Positions 1 through 11,705 of a stretch of 64,000 nucleotides of DNA are shown one piece after another. Position 1 is the stretch's first letter. Every line of letters begins with the position of its first letter. The notes beneath the pieces are model-generated. The model was not told where the DNA came from, did no database searches, and worked only from the letters and a program-made list of their open reading frames with translations. A program made the translations under genes and the position numbers. Source of the stretch: Eledone cirrhosa (Eukaryota); assembly GCA_964016885.1 (NCBI GenBank), contig OZ024756.1, positions 248,001 to 312,000 of the forward strand. The letters run 5' to 3'.

Positions 1-63
1 ATATACACATATATATATATTCACAATATATAATATTATATATATATACACATATATATATAT

Positions 64-95
<32 letters not shown>

Positions 96-155
96 ATTCA
101 CACACATATATATATATAATATATACACATATATATATATTCACATATATAATAT

Positions 156-186
<31 letters not shown>

Positions 187-201
187 CAATATATATATAT
201 T

Positions 202-288
<87 letters not shown>

Positions 289-293
289 TCACA

Positions 294-362
<69 letters not shown>

Positions 363-364
363 TC

Positions 365-412
<48 letters not shown>

Positions 413-460
413 TCACATATATATATATATATACATATATATACATATATATATATTCAC

Positions 461-500
<40 letters not shown>

Positions 501-509
501 TCACATATA

Positions 510-582
<73 letters not shown>

Positions 583-667
583 TCACATATATATATATAT
601 ATATTCACATATATTCACATATATATATATATTCACATATATTCACATATATATATATATACATATA
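1..667. repeat. (TA)n-derived array with ATTCAC/TAC interruptions
   Basis: Directly visible. The same ATTCAC-variant array resumes at 5401, on the other side of the RTE. Confidence 0.95.
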
Positions 668-1572
668 TCGCCAAACAATTGCTGCTTCAACTACCCCTAC
701 TACGGTGTAACCATGTAATCGTAACGTTCACGTTTTTCCTATCTACCCCACACACCACAATTTCGTACATAGACCAAACATCCAATCCCGCAAAATCCGA
801 AATCTGTATTTTTTGTTATTTATTAAGGTTTAAATACGGTGTTTCTGTCGTATTGAACAGAACAAATCTTGCAGTTTTGCTTTTTGTTACTCGCTGTTAA
901 ACATTCATAACCTTCCAGCTCCTCAATTCCTTAATTCTATCGTATTCTCCAATTCCTTAAATTCCTTAATTCCATCGTATTCCCAAACAAAAAACAAAAT
1001 CCTTCCCATTCTTAATTCTATCGTATCCTCCAATTCCCTAATTCTATCGTATTCTCAAACAAAAAAAAAAAACAACAAAATCCTTCCCATTCTACTTCTT
1101 ATAATTTACTTTAAATATATATATCATGCTACCTCGAAAGTCAAAAATCCCGCTCATACACCCTTCACCCACCATTTTCTTCACGAGGGGTTGCGGTCAG
1201 CCACTCTCTCTCTCTCTCTCTCTCTCTCCCCCCCTTCCCACTCTCTCTCTCTCTCTCTTAGCTACACACACACACATATATATATAAGATAAATTCCCGT
1301 TCATGTTTATTCACTTTCGCCAAACAATTGCTGCTTCAACTACCCCTACTACGGTGTAACCATGTAATCGTAACGTTCACGTTTTTCCTATCTACTCCAC
1401 ACACCACAATTTCGTACATAGACCAAACATCCAATCCCGCAAAGTCCGAAATCTGTATTTTTTTTGTTATTTATTAAGGTTTAAATACGGTGTTTTTGTC
1501 GTATTGAACAGAACAAATCTTGCAGTTTTGCTTTTTGTTACTCGCTGTTAAACATTCATAACCTTCCAGCTA
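668..1572 (+). repeat. ~245-bp direct duplication (668-912 and ~1318-1572) in the RTE 5' region
   Basis: TCGCCAAACAATTGCTGC...CCTTCCAGCT occurs twice, nearly identical. Confidence 0.9.
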
Positions 1573-1790
1573 GCTACCCCACATCCCTCCCACCCGCCCC
1601 CACACACCACCATTCTTAATACGTGGACCAATCATAAGCCAGAGACCCCCCCCACACGCATCACCATTATTACTATAAGCCAGAGACCCCCCCCCCACAC
1701 ACACGCATCACCATTATTATTATTACGCGGACCAATCATAAGCCAGAGGCCTATACTATCGCTTGCACGGTTGCCTTCGATATATGATGG

Positions 1791-4700
1791 ATGGATGGAT
1801 GGACGGACTGCGGAATCCTGGAGAGTGGAAGGGAGAGAAAAATCTGGACGCTCAGAGCGAAAATGCCAATGCTAAAGTCAAATTCACCTCGTGGACGAGA
1901 ATGCGAGCACTCTTCTTTGTTTCGCCCGCGGATGGCTAACATAACCCCATCTCCCCCCGCCCCACACCACCCCCACCCTCCAAACACGATCCAAAACTTC
2001 AGAGTTGGTACCATAAATGTAGGCACCCTAAAGGGGCGCGCTAACGAGGTTGTAGAAATGCTTGAACGTAAGGAGGTCGATGTTTGTTGTATTCAAGAGA
2101 CCAGGTGGAGGGGTGGGTCTGCTAGATTCATTGAGGGTAAAAAACGATGTTATAAGCTTTTCTGGGTGGGAAACGACGATGGGCTGGGTGGAGTAGGAAT
2201 CATGGTAGCAGAAAAGTGGGCGGATAAGATAATAGACGTAAATAGAGTGAACGACAGAATAATTAAAATACGACTTGTCCTCAATAGAACTACGGTGACA
2301 GTAATATCTGCGTACGCACCCCAATCCGGACTGCCCGGCACTATAAAAGACAGATTCTATGAGACACTGATGCTCACTACCTCCCAAATATCTGACAGTG
2401 ACTATATAATTATTGCAGGCGACCTAAATGGTCACGTTGGGCAACATTGTGACGGCTACGACGAAATCCATGGAGGCTATGGGTTTGGTACTAGAAATGA
2501 GGAAGGCTCCAGAATCCTGGAATTCTGTGATGCAAATAACCTAACTATCTGTAACACTAACTTCAAAAAACGTGACAATCACCTGATCACCTATAGATCC
2601 GGGGAACACACAAGCCAGGTAGATTATATCCTTACCAGAAGACGTGACAGAGTGTCTGTTGTAAACACTAAATCCCTCCCCCATGAAGAATGCACCTCCC
2701 AACATAGACTGATAATTAGCGACCTCATAGTCAGGACGAGACGTACTCGACAGCAGAAGAGGACTATCCTCAGGAGAAAAATATGGAAGCTAAAGGACCC
2801 CACAGCCAAAAATAAATTTCAAAACATATTACTTGATGCTTTCGACAGTAAGGAAGAACATTTAGAGTCGGACAATATAAAGGGACAGTGGGAATTTCTG
2901 AAAGCAAACCTGCTGTTGGCCACAGACGAAGTCTGTGGCTGGAGCAGGCCTGTAGGCAGGAGGAGAGTAACATGGTGGTGGAACAGTAAGGTGGAGGGGT
3001 CAATTAAGGCCAAAAAGCAGGCTTGGAAAGTATGGCGGGATGGGGGAAGTAGAGTAGACTATCAAGTGGCCAGGAGGGAAGCTAGGAGAGAAGTGTACTT
3101 AGCAAGAAGGGAAGCTGAGGAAAGAAAGTTCAAGCATGTCCTACAACGCGATGACCAAAAACGTGAGGTGTTCAGGATTGCTAGGCAATGCGTCAAGGAA
3201 AACCGTGATATTGTCGGGGAGAAGTGTGTACTTAACGATGATGGCATACTTGCCATTACCGACACTGATAAGAAGGTAGCTTGGAAGTGTCACTATGAAA
3301 GGCTACTAAATGAGGAGAATAAATGGGAGAAAGACAGCCTCCCCCATGTCGACCCAATAGAGGGACCAGCAGTGTTAGTCGAGGGGAGTATAATAAGTAA
3401 GGCAATCAAGGATATGAAGACAGGTAAGGCGGCTGGGCCTTCGGAAATAGTTGCTGAGATGCTGAAGGCATCTGGCACGGTGGGACACACCATGGTCACC
3501 CGCATAGTTAACCAAGTCGTACAGAATGGGGTTGTTCCGAAGGACTGGCATAGCAGCATCATCGTTAACTGTTATAAGGGTAAAGGAGACGCCCTAGATA
3601 GGAGTAACTATAGAGGCATTAAATTAATCGACCAGGTCATGAAGGTCACAGAAAAAGTAATAGCGCAACTAATCAGAGAGAGAATTGACCTAGATGAAAT
3701 GCAGTTCGGGTTTGTGTCAGGCAAAAGTACCACAGACGCTCTTTTCATAGTACGACAACTACAGGAGAAGTACCTAGCTAAAGGTAAACCCCTCTACTTA
3801 GCTTTTGTCGACTTGGAGAAAGCCTTCGACAGAGTCCCCCGCTCCATTATCTGGTGGGCTCTTAAAAAACTAGGCGTTGACGAATGGCTTGTGAGGGCTA
3901 TACAAGCCATGTATAAAGAAACAGTCAGCAAGGTTAGAATTAACAACGAATATAGTGAAGAGTTTAGCGTAAAAGTTGGCGTCCATCAGGGCTCTGTTCT
4001 CAGCCCCCTACTATTTATTATTGCCCTTCAGGCTATAACAGAGGAGTTCAAGACAGGCTGCCCATGGGAACTCCTATACGCAGACGACCTGACACTCATA
4101 GCGGAATCAATGGCCGAGCTAGAGAAGAAATTCCAAACATGGAAGCACGGCCTAGAGTCAAAAGGACTTAAAATTAACCTGGCTAAGACCAAAGTTCTAG
4201 TTTGTAGGAAAGAAAACAAGGCGGCGGTCCCTTCTGGGAAATGGTCGTGCTCGGTGTGTAGGAAAGGCGTAGGTAGAAACTCCATTTTGTGTCCTAAATG
4301 CAAAGTATGGGTGCATAAAAGATGTAGTGGGATCACAGGTAAGCTAACTAAGAACATAGATTTTACATGTGGCCGGTGTTCTGGTGCAATAAGTAGCAGC
4401 AAGTGCCCACAAAATACTAGCTCTTTCAATTGCGCAGAGGGTTCTATAGAAATAGTGGACAGCTTCCGTTACCTGGGCGATAAAATCAGCAGTGGGGGAG
4501 GGTGCTCTGAAAGTACTGTAGCTAGAGTCAGAACTGGTTGGAAAAAGTTCAGAGAGCTTATACCACTATTAGCTGCTAAAGGGTTCTCCCTAAAAATGAA
4601 AGGCAGGTTGTACGATGCCTGCATACGAACAGCAATGTTGCATGGCAGTGAGACCTGGGCATTGTGTGCAGAGGATATACGCAGACTAGAGAGGAACGAA

Positions 4701-5045
4701 GCTTGCATGCTCCGCTGGATGTGTAACAGTAATATACGTGAACGGCAAAGCATAAACGAACTAAGGAAAAAATTAGAGATAAGAGGGATCAGATGTTGTT
4801 TACTCGAGAGAAGGCTACGTTGGTATGGACACGTGATGCGCATGAAAGTCGATAGCTGTATAACAAAGTGCAGGGCAATAAAGATAGACGGTAGCCACGG
4901 AATAGGCAGACCTAGAAAAACCTGGGACGAGCTGATAAACTCCGACCTCACACACTTACACCTCTCCAAGACAATGTCACTGGACCGAGACCTTTGGCGG
5001 TACTCAGTAACAGAGAAGACCCGCCTTGCCAGTAGGCATCTCTAA
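1791..5045 (+). CDS. RTE LINE polyprotein: AP endonuclease + reverse transcriptase with internal PHD-type finger (true start may be a downstream ATG, e.g. 1932)
   Basis: APE motifs GTINVGTL, CIQETRW, AYAPQ, GDLNGH, VDYIL, SQHR. RT motifs FVDLEKAFD, GVHQGSVLSPLLF, YADD, FRYLG. RTE C-terminal RLRWYGHV...GRPRKTW. 1084 aa with no stop. Confidence 0.95.
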   Translation: MDGWTDCGILESGRERKIWTLRAKMPMLKSNSPRGRECEHSSLFRPRMANITPSPPAPHHPHPPNTIQNFRVGTINVGTLKGRANEVVEMLERKEVDVCCIQETRWRGGSARFIEGKKRCYKLFWVGNDDGLGGVGIMVAEKWADKIIDVNRVNDRIIKIRLVLNRTTVTVISAYAPQSGLPGTIKDRFYETLMLTTSQISDSDYIIIAGDLNGHVGQHCDGYDEIHGGYGFGTRNEEGSRILEFCDANNLTICNTNFKKRDNHLITYRSGEHTSQVDYILTRRRDRVSVVNTKSLPHEECTSQHRLIISDLIVRTRRTRQQKRTILRRKIWKLKDPTAKNKFQNILLDAFDSKEEHLESDNIKGQWEFLKANLLLATDEVCGWSRPVGRRRVTWWWNSKVEGSIKAKKQAWKVWRDGGSRVDYQVARREARREVYLARREAEERKFKHVLQRDDQKREVFRIARQCVKENRDIVGEKCVLNDDGILAITDTDKKVAWKCHYERLLNEENKWEKDSLPHVDPIEGPAVLVEGSIISKAIKDMKTGKAAGPSEIVAEMLKASGTVGHTMVTRIVNQVVQNGVVPKDWHSSIIVNCYKGKGDALDRSNYRGIKLIDQVMKVTEKVIAQLIRERIDLDEMQFGFVSGKSTTDALFIVRQLQEKYLAKGKPLYLAFVDLEKAFDRVPRSIIWWALKKLGVDEWLVRAIQAMYKETVSKVRINNEYSEEFSVKVGVHQGSVLSPLLFIIALQAITEEFKTGCPWELLYADDLTLIAESMAELEKKFQTWKHGLESKGLKINLAKTKVLVCRKENKAAVPSGKWSCSVCRKGVGRNSILCPKCKVWVHKRCSGITGKLTKNIDFTCGRCSGAISSSKCPQNTSSFNCAEGSIEIVDSFRYLGDKISSGGGCSESTVARVRTGWKKFRELIPLLAAKGFSLKMKGRLYDACIRTAMLHGSETWALCAEDIRRLERNEACMLRWMCNSNIRERQSINELRKKLEIRGIRCCLLERRLRWYGHVMRMKVDSCITKCRAIKIDGSHGIGRPRKTWDELINSDLTHLHLSKTMSLDRDLWRYSVTEKTRLASRHL

Positions 5046-5466
5046 AAAAATATACCCCGTCCCACCACCACCACCCCCACCCCATCCACACCACCCCGTC
5101 CTATGTAAAGTTATGTTGGTGCCGCGCCATCCGGGCCGAAACAAATGAGATCGTGTAGGTGTCACGACAAAAAAACACACAGTCCATGCTGTAATGTGGC
5201 CGTGTAGGCAACACGGTAAAAACCTCCCAGACCCACACTGTAAATGTGGTTGGTGTTAGGAAGGGCATCCAACTGTAGAAAACCTGCCAGACAGTCCTAT
5301 GCGAGCAAGACAATCACTCTTGCCTCAAGTGGGACTACCCCCGTCCAAACCCATGCAAGCGTGGAACACGGACGTTAAACGTTGATGATGATGATGATGA
5401 TATATATACATATATTCACATATATATATATATTCACATATATATATATATACATATACATATATT

Positions 5467-5517
<51 letters not shown>

Positions 5518-5536
5518 TCACATATATATATATATT

Positions 5537-5568
<32 letters not shown>

Positions 5569-5569
5569 T

Positions 5570-5609
<40 letters not shown>

Positions 5610-5631
5610 TATATTCACATATATATATATT

Positions 5632-5665
<34 letters not shown>

Positions 5666-6167
5666 CAATATATATATATATATATATACACATTCACATA
5701 TATATATATATATATATACACATTCACATATATATATATATATATACACACACATATATATATATACACACATATATTATATACATACACATATATATAT
5801 ACATACACATATATATATATATACATACACATATATATATATATATACACACATATATACATATATACACACATATATACATACGCACATATATATCTGT
5901 GTGTGTGTGTGTATGTATGTATGTATAAAATATAAAAGAGAAGCCCAAAAAGCTATGTAATGGTAGAAGAGATATGGAGAATGGTAGAGAAGGTCAAAGT
6001 GACCTGGTTCTAATTCTTGGAATGTGTGAGAAGAACTGGTGTGAATGGTAGGACATCTGGCGGGAGGGAGTCTTATTTTTGGTTAGTGTTGTCAAGCAAC
6101 TCACATTGGAACAAAAGCAAAAAGATATACTACAAATAAAATACAGCATACATCACCAAAAATCTTA

Positions 6168-6215
<48 letters not shown>

Positions 6216-6321
6216 ATATTTACGTGTGTTGTATTGAAGTGAATAACTATATGTATACTCTGGGAATGTATCTTACATTGCCTATGGTGTACACCGAGTC
6301 CGTCAACTCCTTATTATATAT

Positions 6322-6430
6322 CAAATCCCGCCGAGGTTGACTTTGCCTTTCATCCTTACGGGGTCGATAAAATAAAGTACCAGTAATGCACTGGATAATT
6401 GCTGGCCTTGTGCCTAAAGTAGAAACAATT
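6322..6430 (+). mobile_element. 5'-truncated tRNA-derived SINE (Meta/MESC-like core)
   Basis: CAAATCCCGCCGAGG..TTTGCCTTTCATCCTTACGGGGTCGATAAAATAAAGTACCAG..GGCCTTGTGCC..AGAAACAATTAT, matching the full copies. Confidence 0.8.
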
Positions 6431-6454
6431 ATATATATATATATATATATATAA

Positions 6455-6570
6455 AACTTTCTACTTTTGGCACAAGGCCAGCAATTATCCAGTACATTAC
6501 TGGTACTTTATTTTATCGACCCCGTATGGATGAAAGGCAAAGTTAACCTCGGCGGGATTTGAACTTAGAT
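6455..6570 (-). mobile_element. Truncated SINE copy, opposite orientation
   Basis: Reverse complement of the same SINE core. Confidence 0.8.
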
Positions 6571-6605
6571 CATACTGCGAATCCACTGCCATTATAAATA
6601 TATAA

Positions 6606-6802
6606 TGGCGGTGGATTGGCAGTATCGGTAGAGGGTCGGACGCCATGCTTTGATGCATAGAGTTACGGCCCTTGCCATTCTGAGTTCAAATCCCGCCGAG
6701 GTTAACTTTGCCTTTCATTCTTACGGGGTCGATAAAATAAAGTACCAGTACCAGTAATGCACTGGGTAATTGCTGGCCTTGTGCCAAAAAGTAGAAACAA
6801 TT
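6606..6802 (+). mobile_element. Full tRNA-derived SINE (Meta/MESC-like core)
   Basis: A-box-like TGGCAGTATCGG, B-box GAGTTCAAATCC, conserved core, ATT/TA tail. Confidence 0.85.
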
Positions 6803-7419
6803 ATATATATATATATACACGCACACACACACCTAACACATCTACACAGACATGCACATTTTACACAAACATATCAACCCACACATACAAGCACACATTT
6901 TATACATATATATATATATACCAACCTACAGACAGGCACATATCTACGCAAACATACCTAACTACCTACCTACACACAAACACCTCATCACCATAGTCAA
7001 CATCTAGCATATGTTTTCCCTAGTAGCAAAGCTTGGACAGGTCATCAGAGACCAAGCTAGTGGTTAATTGGAACTGTTGACCTCTTAGACAAGCTAGCCA
7101 GGGAGGGGGCAGCTCACTTATATATACTAACACACTTATGGAGTTCATCAGGTGCATTTTATGGTGACATCAACACTAACAGCTACCTCCAGATGTTATA
7201 TTTGGTCTGATACCCTTCCTATCACCAACCACTTTACACAGTATATTGAGTGAGTTAGAACCCCAGCACTAGAGAGGCTGTCATGCCCCTCACACAACTG
7301 GAGGGCCCTCACAGCCTCTGTCTGCTATCAAAACAGTCAATACCAACACTAATATATTCCTGCTAAAAATAAAATGTTTTCTACTCTCGTTAGTAAGGAA
7401 AACGGATATTAGACAATAA

Positions 7420-7830
7420 CAGTGATGGTGATGATGGTGATGATGAAGACAACGATGATGCTGATGATGGTGATGATGGTGATGATGAAGACAACGATGA
7501 TGCTGATGATGGTGATGATGGTGATGATGAAGACAACGATGATGGTGACGGTGATGATGGTGATGAAGACAACGATGATGCTGATGATGGTGATGATGGT
7601 GATGGTGATGATGGTGATGGTGATGGTGATGGTGATGAAGACAACGATGATGATGGTGATGAAGACGATGATGATGATGATGAAGATGATGATGACAGTG
7701 ATGATGATGAAGACAATGATGATGATGATGACAGTGATGGTGATGATGACGATCATGATGGTGATGAAGGCGATGAAGATGATGATGATGATGATGGTGA
7801 TGAAGACGATGACAACAATGACAGTAACAA
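7420..7830. repeat. (GAT/GGT)n cryptic trinucleotide repeat with higher-order units
   Basis: Directly visible. Confidence 0.95.
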
Positions 7831-8104
7831 AGATATTTTATTCAGCAGTATCTTACATTACTCCCAAAAATATGGTAGATTCATCACAGACACATACATA
7901 CATACATACATCACACACATACATACATACATACATCACACACATACATACATACATACATCACACACATACACACATCAGATATGTATGTTGGTGCAAG
8001 ATTGAGGGAGAAGGGGGATATATGTGCTGGGGTAACTGGCAGAAAATATCAGTGGTAATATAGGAGTGTTCTTTGAAGAATGAGTTGCCAGAACTTTGAT
8101 ATAT

Positions 8105-9843
8105 ATCATCATCATCATCATCGTTTAACGTCCGTGTTCCACGCTTGCATGGGTTTGGACGGGGGTAGTCCCACTTGAGGCAAGAGTGATTGTCTTGCTC
8201 GCATAGGACTGTCTGGCAGGTTTTCTACAGTTGGATGCCCTTCCTAACACCAACCACATTTACAGTGTGGGGCTGGGAGGTTTTTACCGTGTTGCCTACA
8301 CGGCCACATTACAGCGTGGACTGTGTGTTTTTTTGTCGTGACACCTACACGATCTCATTTGTTTCGGCCTGGATGGTGTGGCACCAACATAACTTTACAT
8401 AGAGGGGCGGTGTGGATGGGGTGGGGGTGGTGGGACGGGGGTGTATTTTGTTAGAGATGCCTACTGACTGTAGTAGGTTTTACTTTGTATTTAGGTAAGG
8501 TGGGTCTTCTCTATTACTGAGTACCGCCAAAGGTCTCGGTCCAGTGACATTGTCTTGGAGAGGTGTAAGTGTGTGAGGTCGGAGTTTATCAGCTCGTCCC
8601 AGGTTTTTCTGGGTCTGCCTATTCCGTGGCTACCGTCTATCTTTATTGCCCTGCACTTTGTTATACAGCTATCGTCCTTCATGCGCATCACGTGACCGTA
8701 CCAACGTAGCCTTCTCTCGAGTAAACAACATCTGATCCCTCTTATTTCTAATTTTTTCCTTAGTTCGTTTATGCTTTGTCGTTCACGTATATTACTGTTA
8801 CACATCCAGCGGAGCATGCAAGCTTCGTTTCTCTCTAGTTGGCGTATATCCTCTGCACACAATGCCCAGGTCTCACTGCCATGCAACATTGCTGTTCGTA
8901 TGCAGGCATCGTACAACCTGCCTTTCATTTTTAGGGAGAACCCTCTAGCGGCTAATAGTGGTATAAGCTCTCTGAACTTTTTCCACCCAGTTCTGACTCT
9001 AGCTACTGTACTTTCAGAGCACCCTCCCCCACTGCTGATTTTGTCACCCAGGTAACGGAAGCTGTCCACTATTTCTATAGAACCCTCTGCGCAGTTGAAA
9101 GAGCTAGTATTTTGTGGGCACTTGCTGCTACTTATTGCCCCAGAACACCGGCCACATGTAAAATCTATGTTCTTAGTTAGCTTACCTGTGATCCCACTAC
9201 ATCTTTTATGAACCCAAACTTTGCATTTGGGACACAAAATGGAATTTCTACCTACGCCTTTCCTACACTCTGCGCATGGCCACTTCCCGGAGGGGACCGC
9301 CGCCTTATTTTCTTTCTTACAAACTAGAACTTTAGTCTTAGCCAGGTTAATTTTAAGGCCTTTTGATTCTAGCCCGTGCTTCCAAGTTTGGAATTTCTTC
9401 TCTAGCTCGGCCATTGATTCAGCTATAAGCGTTAGATCATCTGCGTATAGGAGTTCCCATGGGCAGCCGGTCTTGAACTCCACTGTTATAGCCTGGAGGG
9501 CAATAATAAATAGTAGGGGGCTAAGAACAGAGCCCTGATGAACACCAACTTTTACACTAAACTCTTCACTATATTCGTTGTTAATTCTAACCTTGCTGAC
9601 TGTTTCTTTATACATGGCTTGTATAGCTCTCACAAGCCATTCATCGACACCTAGTTTTCTAAGAGCCCACCAGATAATGGAACGGGGGACTCTGTCGAAG
9701 GCCTTCTCCAAGTCGACGAAAGCTAAGTATAGGGGTTTACTTTTAGCTAGGTACTTCTCCTGTAGTTGTCGTACAATGAAAAGAGCGTCTGTGGTACTTT
9801 TTCTTGACACAAACCCGAACTGCATTTCATCTAGATCAATTCG
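8105..9843 (-). mobile_element. 5'-truncated RTE family A copy
   Basis: The RT C-terminal half (ORF 8491-9933, whose N-terminus is microsatellite) is near-identical to the 1791-5045 ORF. (CAT)n tail at 8105. Confidence 0.95.
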
Positions 9844-9874
9844 CTCTCTCTCTCTCTCTATATATATATATATG

Positions 9875-9912
<38 letters not shown>

Positions 9913-9931
9913 TCTCTCTATATATATATGC

Positions 9932-10378
9932 AAAAGTTTTATTTAAAATTGTTGGGTTACAACGAGTAAATATTTTATAACTGATATAAAGCACTCAACA
10001 AGTTTTGGAGTAGATATACGATATTAAACAAATGGAAACTATATTTATAAAACCATATTTATTTCATTATACATATTTCAGGGATACCATATTAAAAATA
10101 TGGCATGCCTTCTTCAGATAAAATACAATATATAAGCAGTTTTATAAATAAATTTGACGTACCATAAATATTGTTCAACTTCCATTTAAAAAAGTTGGTT
10201 TTTTAAATGGAAGTTGAACAATATTTATGGTACGTCAAATTTATTTATAAAACTGCTTATATATTGTATTTTATCTGAAGAAGGCATGCCATATTTTTAA
10301 TATGGTATCCCTGAAATATGTATAATGAAATAAATATGGTTTTATAAATATAGTTTCCATTTGTTTAATATCGTATAT
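9932..10378. mobile_element. Foldback pseudo-LTR fragment of a Naiad-type PLE relative, with hammerhead in both arms
   Basis: Arms 10014-10193 and 10199-10378 are reverse complements. The left part is similar to pLTR 17835-18080. Confidence 0.85.
10267..10332 (+). ncRNA. Type I hammerhead ribozyme motif
   Basis: TATTTTAT-CTGAAGA-[AGGCATGCCATATT/AATATGGTATCCCT]-GAAA-TATGTA-TA-ATGAAATA. Confidence 0.75.
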
Positions 10379-10382
10379 ATAT

Positions 10383-10531
10383 ATTATTTCTGAAGACGGC
10401 GTATATATGAGTTGGGTATGTATATTTAATCTTGATAATTTGTATAATTTTGTATAATTTTGTACATAGATCTGTTAAATATGCATACCAATTATAACAC
10501 ATATATACCCTAGAAACGATCGTTAAATAGT
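10383..10531 (+). ncRNA. Type I hammerhead motif with long stem II
   Basis: ATTATTT-CTGAAGA-..GTATATATG..CATATATAC..-GAAAC-GATC-GTT-AAATAGT. Stem III is palindromic. Confidence 0.7.
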
Positions 10532-10579
10532 GAACTTTTTTTGTTTAATATAAGGAATTGTTTGTTCATTATTTGTTTA

Positions 10580-10613
<34 letters not shown>

Positions 10614-10661
10614 ATCATCATTTTACGTCCGCTTTTCCCTGCTTGCAAGGGTGGGACGGGT

Positions 10662-10663
<2 letters not shown>
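10614..10663 (-). mobile_element. Extreme 3' tail of a third RTE family or its SINE
   Basis: Reverse complement of CCCACCCTTGCAAGCAGGGAAAAGCGGACGTAAAATGATGAT. Confidence 0.7.
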
Positions 10664-10710
<47 letters not shown>

Positions 10711-10825
10711 TTATAGTTTCTGAAGATATGATGGAGCCAACATGTATTTTAAATTGAGTGGCACTACTTTCAGTGTTTAGCAATTTTTAGACAACTCTAT
10801 CAGTGAAACAATTGTTAGACTGTAA
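10711..10825 (+). ncRNA. Type I hammerhead motif in a short PLE-like tail insert (10709-10878)
   Basis: TTATAGTTT-CTGAAGA-..TGATGGAG..CTCTATCA..-GAAAC-AATT-GTT-AGACTGTAA. Confidence 0.75.
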
Positions 10826-10873
10826 ATAAATCTCCTTTTTTGTACTGTTGACCATGTTATTCTCCACTTTTTC

Positions 10874-10918
<45 letters not shown>

Positions 10919-11534
10919 CTGGCATATATATATATATATATAGAATAGAAAACGAAAAATCAGTGATGCATCTGAACTCAATTTATTGTGTGTTACAATT
11001 GTTTCGCCGGTGGACAGCTCGAAACGCGATCATCATGTGAATCTGTCTGATTCTGGACCTGCAGGTTCAACGGACACGTCTAATGATTTCGGAGCATAGT
11101 CTCTCACTACATATTTATATATATATATATATATAGTAGTAGAAGTAGTAGTAGTAAAAAAAAACCCATCTCTCTCTCTCTCTTGTGTATGTTAACCATC
11201 TCTCTCTTGTATGTCCTAACAATCTCTCTCTCACACCGTCTCTCTCTTGTGTATACTAACCATGTCTCTCACCCCCCCCCCCCTCTCTTGTATGCTAACC
11301 ATTTTTCATCTCTCTCTCTCTCTCTCTCTCTCAGTCTAAGAGTCTGTCAGTAAAAAGATTTCTTTAGTAACATAGCTGAAATACACAAAGAGTTTCTGAA
11401 GTCACCAAAAATAGAACAGCGAGAGGGAGAGGGTGTGTAAGTAGGATTGTTATGTGATAGAGAATCCCTTAAGATTGCAGCCATAAAGATACCATCACAC
11501 ATTCAACCATAGCCACAACCATCATCATTATTAT

Positions 11535-11702
11535 AGAGGGTCGGACGCCATGCTTTCCAGCATAGTTACGTCCCTTTACGGTCTGAGTTCAAATCCCGTC
11601 GAGGTTAACTTTGCCTTTCATCCTTACCGGGTCGATAAAATAAAGTACCAGTAATGAACTGGGTATTTGCTGGCCTTGTGCCTAAAGTAGAAACAATTAT
11701 TA
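11535..11702 (+). mobile_element. SINE (Meta/MESC-like) abutting a truncated RTE
   Basis: B-box, core and (ATT)n tail. Confidence 0.8.
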
Positions 11703-11705
11703 TTC

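Larger units (their letters stand above)
668..5400 (+). mobile_element. Probably full-length RTE-clade LINE (family A) with long 5' region, 3' UTR and (ATG)n tail
   Basis: Single APE+RT ORF at 1791-5045. The 3' UTR ends ...GTCCAAACCCATGCAAGCGTGGAACACGGACGTTAAAC(GAT)n. The same variant TA array lies on both sides. The 5' boundary is inferred. Confidence 0.85.

Noticed and set aside
4028-4969. Antisense ORFs recurring in each RTE copy
   Set aside because: They are shadow frames of the RT coding sequence. Recurrence reflects copy identity.
6606-6700. tRNA genes
   Set aside because: The A/B boxes lack a full cloverleaf and run into SINE bodies.
7390-8063. Poly-Ser/Met/Ile ORFs
   Set aside because: These are reading frames of a GAT/GGT repeat.
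11654-11705. Novel N-terminus on an RT ORF (MNWVFAGLVPKVETIII)
   Set aside because: It is a chance in-frame fusion of a SINE tail with a 5'-truncated RTE.
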